The notes under the pieces are model-generated. The model did no database searches. It was not told the origin of the DNA and was given only the letters and a program-made list of their open reading frames with translations. From assembly GCA_951406725.2 (NCBI GenBank), contig OX597817.1, positions 39,246,001 to 39,310,000 of the forward strand: 64,000 nucleotides of DNA, given 5' to 3'. A program made the translations under genes and the position numbers. The DNA is from Octopus vulgaris. Lineage: Eukaryota. Within the stretch, counting starts at the first letter, position 1. Every line of letters starts with the position of its first letter. This document shows, piece by piece, positions 53,925 to 64,000 of the stretch.

Positions 53925-54165
53925 CTCTTATCTTTTACTTGCTTCAGTCATTAGTCTACGGCCATGCTGGGGCACTGCCTTGAAAAAATTTCAGTCGATT
54001 GAGTCGACCCCAGTACTTATTAAAAAAAAACAAACTAGTACTTATCCTATCGGTCTGAATTGCCGAACCGCTAAGTTACGGGGATGTAAACACATCAACA
54101 CCGGTTGCCAAGCAGTGGTGGAAGACAAACACAGACACAAATACACACGCGTGCACACACACGCA

Positions 54166-54200
<35 letters not shown>

Positions 54201-54350
54201 CAGGATTCCGTCTACCAAATCCACTCACAATGGCTTTAATCGGCCCAAGGCTATAGCAAAAGATACTTGCCAAAGATACCATGCAGTGGGACTGAACCTG
54301 GAACCATGTGATTGGGAAGCAAGCTTCTTATCATACATCCGCACCTGCGC
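53925..54350 (-). mobile_element. SINE family K
   Basis: Full reverse copy with an internal (CA)n. Confidence 0.85.
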
Positions 54351-54932
54351 CTATCCATATTCAAGCAACAATTTCTTTTAAAACCATTGAGTCTATTATT
54401 AGTGAGAAATTATTATAACTAAATGTTAGAAATTATTATTTCTACGCCTCTTATTATGCATTATAGTTCTCCCTTCTCTTTCCTTTATGAAATGCCTCGT
54501 TTTGTTATTATTTTAAAGTAGCACAATTTATATAATAACGGCAACTGCAAAGTAATTAAGCCAGCTGTATATTGTACTGGGCTCGGTAGTATTGTATAGT
54601 GTCCATTGTTATTCAAAAAGATTACTCATAATGAAACACACAGGAAAACAAGCTTTATCTTTTGTTGGCTTGATATTGAAAAATAACCTTTCGTCTACTT
54701 TCGCCCCCAAAAAGTAATATTCCTAAAACACCGTATATAGTTTTGTGTTCTGGTATGGTTTATTTTTATTGTATAGCTAACTTACTCTCAGATAATTAAT
54801 CTCGCAGCTAAATGATGGCTAATTTAGGCTATGCACATCGACACAAATACGCTTATACGTAAGCATGCAGACGCGATCTCTTGTTTAGAGAATTGTGGGT
54901 AAACTGTGGCTGGCGTACTCAGTATTAACAAA

Positions 54933-55373
54933 TCTATACATATAAAGCTGAAGTTATCTGTGTGTGTGTGTGGCAGGTTTGGTAGCCTGCAACTAACACT
55001 TTCTCCTCCGAGACCCTGCGGCGCAAGTTGACCAGAATTGACAGTATGATAGAAGAAGGCTTGCTCTTAATTCAGTAAAAGAAAAAATTCAAATCGGACA
55101 ATGTTAAGACCAAAAATTATTTACATCAAAAAGGTGCTTTTTTTTCTATAAAAATCTCTATTTTTTACGATTTTTTGACTGCTGTGTCGCCATTTTTCGG
55201 TGTATTTCAACCAGAAAAATGTTCACTTGAAGAGAATAACAAGCTACATAATGCAAAATTTTTGCTTTTCAAAAAAGATTGAAACAATGTCAAAACTGTT
55301 AACGCGACATCAAAGTCTGCCGTTTTAAGCGTAACTAAAAACAAATCCGAGCAACGCCGGGCAATACTGCTAG
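54933..55373 (+). mobile_element. Non-autonomous Helitron
   Basis: 5' TCTATACATATAAAG followed by (TG)n; subterminal hairpin CCGAGCAACGCCGGG; 3' CTAG; inserted between A and T with no TSD. Confidence 0.8.
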
Positions 55374-55490
55374 TATGTTGTAATTTGGAACATACATATT
55401 TCCTGCTTCCAAATAAATTATTTTGGGATATTACTGTAACTCGTAAATATCGCTTTTTAGTACTATAGCAGAAGCATGTTTACCATTTGG

Positions 55491-55948
55491 CTGTTAAGGC
55501 TTAAATAGGCTCATATCAGCTTGTACGCTTGTTTTCGGCAAGTGGTCACATGGCCTGGTCACACATTGACAAACCTGTTCGTGCCGACTGGATGCTTTAA
55601 ATTATCCAATCAGACCATTTGCCAGACCAGCAAAGCGCGCCAAATTGACATTGGTATGCTGGAACCTCACGACGGCTATAAATAAATCATTTCCTCTAAG
55701 CTAACTTAGGAGGTGAAATTTATCAGCACAGGGTTTTGACACGATGCCTTGTTCCTTTCCCGCGCACTTCCTCTTGTACCAACTGCACGAGGAATTATTT
55801 TATATTTTCAAACACTATTATTTATGTTGTACCAGTTTGTTGTGTCTTCTATTAGTGTTGAAATAAATGTGACCGTCAATTATAACCTGTGTCTTCGTAT
55901 TTCTTGGTGCTCTTAATCATAACTCGTTTGGAACCAGAAGATTATAAC
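55491..55948 (+). mobile_element. Possible solo LTR
   Basis: TGTTAA...ATAACA termini, TATAAA at ~55677, AATAAA at ~55862; TSD not convincing (TTGGC/TTACC). Confidence 0.35.
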
Positions 55949-57106
55949 ATTACCTGATCCATAGCCCCACACATCCCACTAAACGTCTGTCATCGTTTAT
56001 CTCTGATTCATTCTTCACTGATCTGAGATGATACGGTAATCTCAATTGAGAACCATGTTACGTTTATCACGCATTGATCTGTGATATATGTGCGAACAAT
56101 CAAAGATTCTGCAGGGTCCGCAAAAGCGCCACCCAGCGGCCATTCACAAATCTCAATTACCCAGAATGAACTAATTATCGTTCGTGTTTACATCTCTGTG
56201 CTCTGAGAACGTGTATATTTTATACGGATTTACGTACACGTACCCATCAACATGTTACAAAAAGTCCAAGTATTTACGTTAAACTAAAATGCACAAACAT
56301 GTGACATTCTAATTAAATAGAATTATTATAGAAATTAAAATTTCGACACGCCAGGCTTAAAAGGTTCGCCATCACCGAGCTAAATAAAAGTAATTGTTAT
56401 GGTACTAAAATTATAGTCATTACTTAGCAAGTTTATGTTTAATAAACATTTTCTGCTTCGCTATGAAAGTAGGCCTAGGCTTAAATATGTCTATGAAAAA
56501 ATGTTACGCAATGCACATTAACTGCAAAAATATCTTATTACAGCGTATCATGAAAATATTCGTCTGGTACTTAAATTGGCAATTGCGTAGTAGCAAAGAA
56601 TGGTGAGGGAAAAGTACTGAAAGACTTATTCCATCCGGGTTAGATTGTGTAAGATGTTCCAGAGACCCAGGAACTATCTATCGCTATCTATCCTATATGT
56701 TACCGTATAGGATAGATAGCGACAGCCTTTGAACCAGACTTGGGTTTCGGATCAGCGAGCAACGTAAATACTGTTGTAGGCCTGCAACAAGTAGCGTAAC
56801 GAGGGGTGGGGTGGGGAAGTCGGGGAAGGGGCACGTGCTCCAGGCGCCGATTGAAGTGGGGCGCAGAATTGACCATAATACGATAAGCTTGATCTTCATT
56901 TATAAAACTTATAACAGTAAACAGTCAAAAAATATTTTTTGAATCACAGGCTGTACGGAACTGGCAGGTAAATGAACCCTGGTAAAGTATTTATTCCTAA
57001 AATATTTCTTTAAAACATTAATTGCTTATAATAAATAAATACTATATAATATAGTGGATCTTGTAATTGGTGAGTGGGTGGTGGTGGTGGTGTGTGTGTG
57101 TAAATA

Positions 57107-57485
57107 TATGGCTCACTGGTTAGATCGTCGGGCTCACGATCATGAGGTTGTGAGCTCGATTCCCGGACCGGCTGTGCGTTGTGTTCATGCGCAAGGCACT
57201 TTATTTCCCTGTTGCTCCAGTTCACTCAGCTGTAGAAATGAGTTGCGATGTCACAAGTGCCAAGCTGTATCGTCCCCTTTGCCTTTCCCTTGGATAACAC
57301 AGGTGGCGTGGAGAGGGGAGGCACGTATGCATGGACGACTGATGGTCTTCCATAAACAACCTTGCCCGGACTTGTGCCTGGGAAGGTAACTTTCTAGGTG
57401 CAATCCCATGGTCTGTGTCGTGACCGAAGCTCCAGTTCACTCAGATGCTCCAGTTCACTCAGCTGTAGAAATGATTTGCGATGTC
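57107..57485 (+). mobile_element. SINE family M (tail Z) with partial duplication
   Basis: TGGCTCACTGG A-box, GAGCTCGATTCCC B-box, GCAAGGCACTTTATT...GCTCCAGTTCACTCAGCTG core. Confidence 0.85.
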
Positions 57486-57739
57486 AATGGTATTGACAGA
57501 TATAGCACATACCTGCCTACCCACCTACCTACCTACCTACCTACCTACCTACCTACCTACCTACCTACCTACATACATACATACCTGCCTGCCTGCCTGC
57601 CTACATACCTACCTACCTACCTACCTACCTCCCTACCTGTTCTTACATACGTACATACATACATGCACACATACACACATATACATAGTGTGTGTGTGTG
57701 TGTGTGTGCGTGAGTGCGTGTGTGTGCGTGTGTGTGTGA

Positions 57740-57846
<107 letters not shown>

Positions 57847-58813
57847 AAGCAAAACAAGGAATATCCATTGGAATTAAATAATTTTTTAATTGCAGTATGG
57901 AATCCATAGGAAAGTTGCCATTGTATAGTTTCTGTTAATGAAACTAGTTGCAGATATTACAATCTCTCACGTCTATCTTCTTTTATTTATTGTAACTTTG
58001 CAATTGCATTGAAATTGACTGCAGTTTCCGAATTTGATTTGTTATATAAAACTTCACGTTATTACCTTTTCAAACAAAAAAGAAAATATAAATAAAATGT
58101 TCCCCATGAAACAAAATAACCCCCTCCCACCAAAAAAAAAAAAAAAAAAAGAAAGACTTTGGCCGTCTTCACAGTTTTCTCTCCGATTCTTACCCGGACC
58201 GATACAAGGCACTGGTGCTGCCTTTTTGTTGATATACTTGTTATTATGCACTACGAAGACTTACTTGCAAATAGTGGCAAGGAAAAATATATAACGATAT
58301 AAAAGTTTTACAACACTTTTCAATAAATTCCTGTTCATCCTACCACCAAAAAGTTAAAAAAAACAACAAAGACATTGATCGCAGTTCCCACAGTAAGCCT
58401 ATCAAACCGACATTACTACAAGATGAACAACAAGCCTTTTTTCATGAAACTTCTCGTTTGTATAGTCATTTTTATGACTGGGTACAAAGCATTAATGTAA
58501 CTTTCTATTCTACTGGATGATTTCTTTATTCCGCAAAGACGATTTTTATTTCGTTTGGCCGACTTTGTATAATATGGGGCGCGAACGTGTAAGTCTATCT
58601 ATCTTTATGAGTCTTTCTCTCTCTGTCTCCCCCACTCTCTCTCTGTCTCTCCCACTCTCTCTCTCTCTACATATAGATACACATACACACAAACAAGCGA
58701 ACATTGGAGACTTTACAAACTGCTGACACAAGGGTGTATTGAGCTCTTTTAAGTTGTTGTACAACAAATAATCTCTACTATAGTCTCAACCCACCATTCT
58801 GTCTCACTATATG

Positions 58814-58866
<53 letters not shown>

Positions 58867-58949
58867 TATTTATATAAGTATGTATGCACACGTATATGTA
58901 CATATGTGTGCGTCTGTGTGTCGATATGTATACGTATATGCATATATAC

Positions 58950-59345
58950 GAGTGAGTAGACAAACGAAAAAAGGGCACTCAACACATTTATTGGGAGTTA
59001 CATGTATAGATCAAAACAGTTTGATTCAACCTCCTTGGTATTTTGAGTTTCTAGCACGTGGCTAGTTTTCGGCCATTGGAATCAGAATGAGAGTTCGATT
59101 GAAGTGAGTCAATGTTTATTACTGGACGATAGCTTGTGATTGGTCGACAAAGGTCAGGTGGTATTAATGTCGGTAATTCAGTGGCAACAGCTAGTGATAG
59201 CAGTCACTACCACGTGACCTTTCTCGACCAATCGCCCAGTAATAAACATTGACTCTCTTTAATCGAACTCTCATTCAGACTCCAATGGCCGAAGACTAGC
59301 CACGTGCTTGAAACTCAGAGTACCAAGGATTCTGAACCAAACTGT
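58950..59345 (-). mobile_element. Fold-back insert with HHR (arms ~59016-59163 / 59198-59345) plus left tail
   Basis: About 145-bp diverged inverted arms lying between TA-rich tracts. Confidence 0.85.
59286..59325 (+). ncRNA. Minimal hammerhead motif, U4C core (mirror copy at ~59036-59076)
   Basis: UGG-CCGAAGA-C-UAGC-CACGU-GCUU(A in mirror)-GAAA-CUCAGAG-UA-CCA. Confidence 0.7.
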
Positions 59346-59419
<74 letters not shown>

Positions 59420-59423
<4 letters not shown>

Positions 59424-59790
59424 ATGCGCAATGGCTTAGTGGTTAGGGTAACGGACTCGCGGCCATAGGATCGCGGTTTCGATTCCTAGACCGGGCGTTG
59501 TGAGTGTTTATTGAGCGAAAACATCTAAAGTTCCACGAGGCTCCGGCAGGGGGATGGGTGGCGAACCCTGCTGTGCTCTTTCACCACCACTTTCTCTCAC
59601 TCTTTCTTCCTGTTTCTGTTGTACCTGGATTTCAAAGGGCCAGCTTTGTCACGCTGAATCGCCCCTAGAACTACGTTAAGGGTACACGTATCTGTAGAGT
59701 GCTCAGCCACTTGCACATTAATTTCATGAGCAGGCTGTTCCGTTGATCGGATCAACTGGAACCCTCGACGTCGTAACCGACGGAGTGCCA
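59420..59790 (+). mobile_element. SINE: family R head plus tail Y
   Basis: 59420-59615 matches 3519-3715; 59620-59790 matches the reverse of 23698-23865. Confidence 0.85.
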
Positions 59791-60244
59791 CGGATCCGTT
59801 TTCTTCCGTCCTTGTTTTCGTATACATTCGCTGCTTTCTTCCAAGGAATCTAATGCTCTTAGCTTAGTTTTTCTTTGGGGCTGGCCAGATTGTATAATCT
59901 CGAGTATAACCAGCCGAAATTGCAAAGATAATTTGGAACTCGACTGAGAATAGGAAACTCCGACAAAATTCCGTGCAGCACAGAATTTTGTCAGTGAACA
60001 GGTCGCGGTCTCAAAGCGACGAAAATATTTTGGCAAATTAAATTTAAATGTTGAAGTGAATCTTACGGTTTTTGTATGTTTCTTAAATAGCTTGTAAACA
60101 CCTTCCTCGCTGCAATTGTTTTCGCTCCAGCACACGATCTCAGATTAGGTCTCTTGCTTTGCAAGTACATCTCCGTCCGTATATATATATATATATATAT
60201 ATATGAAAGAAGGTTTGAAAATGCAAAGGTCTTTTAGAGATGTT

Positions 60245-61215
60245 TCTGTAGTTAGATGCCAGACCATAGACCCACCACCAAGAGAAAGCGCCACCGGAAA
60301 GTACTGTGGTTCACGCCGCCATTCTCTTTAAATGTTAAGATCAGAGTAGGTAAAGTCTTTCTTAGTTTAGTTGATAGACATTTCTCCCGTTCCAATAGAT
60401 TGTGCAAAATATTTAATAGCCTTACCCTGAGATTATCCTTTAGCTATACCCGCACTCGAGGCAGGAGCAGGATGCTCATGCAGGGATAACACAACTTGTC
60501 CACTGAACGGTCACTACAATACGGAGACAGTTGTTAACGAGGCAGAAGTAACAGCAATAGGACCCAATGGACAACCGAGCGTGCGGAAGTATGTAGGGGT
60601 AATGGAAGGTCCTTTCAGAACCTGCGTTAATAACCACAAATCCTCCTTCAACATTTCAGAGATACGCAACTCCACAACTCTAGCCAAGCACGTCTGGGCT
60701 TTGAATGAAAGTGCCGCGGAGTACAACATAAAGTGGAAGATCTTAGAAAAATACAAACCATACTTCAATAGCTGCAGGAAGTGCAGATTATGCCTGGCTG
60801 AGAAGAGCGATTTTAAAAGGTACCCAACAGCCGGATGTCTACCTGAATAGCAGGAGTGAGGCGTTTAATCCTTGCCCGCATGAAAGGAAGTACATCCTAT
60901 CGTACCTGAGCACTCCACCATGACTGCAACTACAGGCTCTCTACTCCGACCCTCCATCAACGACCTTCTACCAATGCTCTCGGGCCCGGCAAAAAGCGTT
61001 TGACCAAAGTACATCCATGGCATACCTCTTTAAGGCGGACACTCCACAAAATAGACTTCCACCACCCCAACACATACCCCTGCACACAAATATATCCCTA
61101 CACATATACAGACCTCCCCACACGCATTACATATTACGCACACATTACGCACGCTAACAAAAAGCACCGATTGGTAAGATCAGCTGTGATGGATATTTAA
61201 TACTATACATTTCGG
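60245..61215 (+). mobile_element. Penelope-like retroelement 3' fragment (RT-EN linker, GIY-YIG, 3' region)
   Basis: RKVLWFTPPFSLNVKIRVGKVFLSLVDRHF...KIFN..TLRLSFS; CPLNG...VVNEAEV...KYVG...HKSSF...STTLAKHVWAL...IKWKIL...CRLCLAEK; flanked by (TA)n and (TATG)n. Confidence 0.92.
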
Positions 61216-61246
<31 letters not shown>

Positions 61247-61635
61247 TGTATGTATGTATGTATGTATGTATGTATGTATGTATGTACGTACGTACGTATG
61301 TATGTGTGTGTGTATGTATGTATGTATGTATGTATGTATGTATGTATGTATGTATGTATGTATGTATGTACGTACGTACGTATGTATGTGTGTGTGTATG
61401 TATGTATGTATGTATGTATTTATGTATGTATGTATGTATGTATGTATGTATGTATGTATGTATGTATGTACGTACGTATGTATGTGTGTGTGTATGTATG
61501 TATGTATGTATGTATGTATGCATGTATGTATGTACGTACGTACGTATGTATGTGTGTGTGTATGTATGTATGTATGTATGTATTTATGTATGTATGTATG
61601 TATGTATGTATGTATGTATGTATGTATGTATACAT
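61216..61635. repeat. (TATG)n tract with higher-order TACG/TG interruptions
   Basis: Directly visible. Confidence 0.97.
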
Positions 61636-62079
61636 GCGTGCGCATGTTTATTCACACGCACAGATAAACAAACAGAAACGCTTACATATGCGTATACGTA
61701 TTTTACACTTCCGTGTTCGATTCTCGATCTTAGCTACTTCACTTTCTTCGCTGTTGTTTTCAACAAATGTATGAGCGTCACAACTCATCTTCTTATTCAA
61801 TCACACCCTGAAACCAGTGAACCGCTTGAATACTTCCGGTACCGACAAATCAAGCAACTGCCTCAGTTCTGCCTGAATCCGTAATCTGAGATCGAACGTG
61901 AAACATTAATTATCCTCATAGTTCGGACACCTTGTGTGTTACGCCTCGTAATGATGACGCAATTGCTTGATATTCAAGTATTTCAAGCGAAGACATTTTC
62001 ACATAGATCTGGCTTTAGATTTATCATTCGAGTGTTTTCATAGTAATTCGTTATTTCAATGAAACAACCATAACAAAAT

Positions 62080-62692
62080 CTTTTCTACTCTAGGCACAAG
62101 GCCCGAAATCTTTGGGGAGGAGGCCAGTCGATTAGATCGACCCCAGTGCGCAACTGGTACTTAATTTATCGATCCCCGAAAGGATGAAAAGCAAAGTTGA
62201 CCTTGGCGGAGTTTTGACTGAGAATGTAAAGACAGAAGAAATACCGCGAAGCATTTCGCCGGGCGTACTAATGTTCCTGCTAGCTCGCCGCCTTAGGAAT
62301 AAAAGTCTTTTCTACTCTAGGCACAAGGCCCGAAAATTTGGGGAGGCGGCCAGTCGATTAGATCGAACCCCAGTACGCAACAGGTACTTAATTTATCGAC
62401 CCCCGAAAGGATGAAAGGGAAAGTCAACCTCGGCTGGATTTGAACACAGAACCTTAAGACCGACGAAATACCTATTTCTTTACTACCCACAAGGGGCTAA
62501 AAACAGAGAGGACAAACAAGGACAGACAAACGGATTAAGCCGGTTATATCGACCCCAGTGCTTAATTGGTACTTATTTAATCGACCCCGAAAGGATGAAA
62601 GGCAAAGTCGACCTCGGCGGAATTTGAACTCAGACGAAATATCGCTAAGCATTTCGCCCAGCGTGCTAAAGTTTCTGCTAGCTCGCCGCCCT
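62080..62692 (-). mobile_element. Tandem cluster of three family N SINEs
   Basis: Three repeated CCCGAAAGGATGAAA...CGGC cores; two have a TTTTCTACTCTAGGCACAAGGCCCGAAA tail and one has the CCCACAAGGGGCT tail. Confidence 0.88.
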
Positions 62693-63109
62693 AACAACCA
62701 TAATATAATCATACTCTTACCGGCTTCACAGCACGCCCATCCAAGGGGCCAAAATCATACACTCCATTGTATTCTTTATTCGAAACCGATTGGTAAGATC
62801 AGCCTTTATTGATTTAGTGCAAGGCTGTTTTAAGAACATTATAGTCCTCATCCGGGTAAAGGCAAAGCAATGCACAGGGGCCTCAGGACCTTCCTGATGT
62901 ATAGGCACACAGGGCAGTTGCCCGGGACCTCACGAATTAGGGGGCCTAATTTTGATCTATATACTATGTGGCTTGCTGTCAATAAATAAACCTTACAGCG
63001 TCCAGTGCCCTGATTTGTTTGGGGTGAGTGGGGCTATAATTCTGCTTTAATGGTTCTACCTATATTATTTATTTATTGATAGCAATCCTCAGCATATATA
63101 GCTAAGCAA

Positions 63110-63335
63110 TGGACCCCTAGTTGGGCTGGCAACATCACGCAGCTGGAGGACAAAAGATGGACAATTAAGGTGACAGAACGGACACCAAAAGAATGGACAA
63201 GATCAAGAATTCGATCAAAGACAAGATGGGGAGATGATCTCACCCACTATTGGGGGCTTACATTGCTACGATTGTTCAGAGACAGACAGCTGTGGTAGGA
63301 GTCCAGTAAGGGGTTACTTCTTCAGGAATGATGAA
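63110..63335 (+). mobile_element. RTE-clade LINE 3' fragment
   Basis: WAGNITQLEDKRWTIKVTERTPKEWTRSRIRSKTRWGDDL matches RTE WAGH..R..D.RW...V..W.P....R..GRP..RW.DD. Confidence 0.8.
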
Positions 63336-63860
63336 GCCCTGGATATAGAAGAGAAAGGGCCCCTAAGCACTTTGGTTCCCATGCACCAAATACTGGTATT
63401 GAAATAGCTGAAAATGACTCTCAAACTATAATTGAATTACATCAGTATATAAATCGGTGATTCCAGTACCTAGTTTCCAAGTAAACATATGGTAATTAAA
63501 TAAATTATGAGAGAAAATACGTTAAGAAATTCAATACGATAATTCAATGCGAAATACGAAGACCTATTTTCCCATGTCATAGTAAATATATTACTCGTTT
63601 TATGACGTCATGGATTTGCTTTCTAGTGCATCTATCTATCAACTAATAAGTGTGTGAATATATACTGGAACACACCTTTCTTGTCTGTGGGTCTGTCTGT
63701 CTGTCTCTGTCTCTGTCTCTCTCATGTATGTATGTATGTATGTATGTATGTATGTATGTATGTATGTATGTATGTATGTATGTATGTATGTATGTATGTA
63801 TATGTATGTATGTATGTATGCATGTATGCATGCATGTATCTGTATGTGTGCATGTATATG

Positions 63861-63895
<35 letters not shown>

Positions 63896-63913
63896 GTATA
63901 TAGATATGTATGC

Positions 63914-64000
<87 letters not shown>

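Noticed and set aside
61154-61884. Long MYVC/HTYI ORFs (up to 220 aa) and similar ORFs throughout
   Set aside because: Stop-free microsatellite translations.
62820-63058. Degenerate MITE-like segment
   Set aside because: TIRs too decayed to define ends or a TSD.

Overview
This is eukaryotic, AT-rich, microsatellite-dense non-coding DNA. The SINE repertoire and (TA)n/(CA)n/(TACA)n load suggest a cephalopod (Octopus-like) genome; that assignment is an inference. I can support no host protein-coding exon, and most ORFs in the track are microsatellite artefacts. The window holds tRNA-derived SINEs of several families and DNA transposons: a complete but decayed 3.5-kb Charlie/SPIN-type hAT with a perfect 8-bp TSD, hAT and Merlin-like MITEs, a fold-back mariner and a Helitron. 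It also holds LINE fragments (Dong/R4-like in (TAA)n tracts, CRE-like, RTE) and two Penelope-like (PLE) GIY-YIG fragments. The main signal outside any ORF is a set of short, sequence-diverse inserts lying in or beside (TA)n/(TACA)n tracts. Many are asymmetric fold-backs (inverted repeat plus a one-sided tail). About a dozen loci carry minimal hammerhead-ribozyme (HHR) motifs, most with a palindromic stem III and some with recurring non-canonical cores (CUGUUGA, CCGAAGA). I interpret these as a microsatellite-targeted, ribozyme-bearing PLE-derived population. All structures were read by eye, so coordinates are approximate and ribozyme activity is untested.
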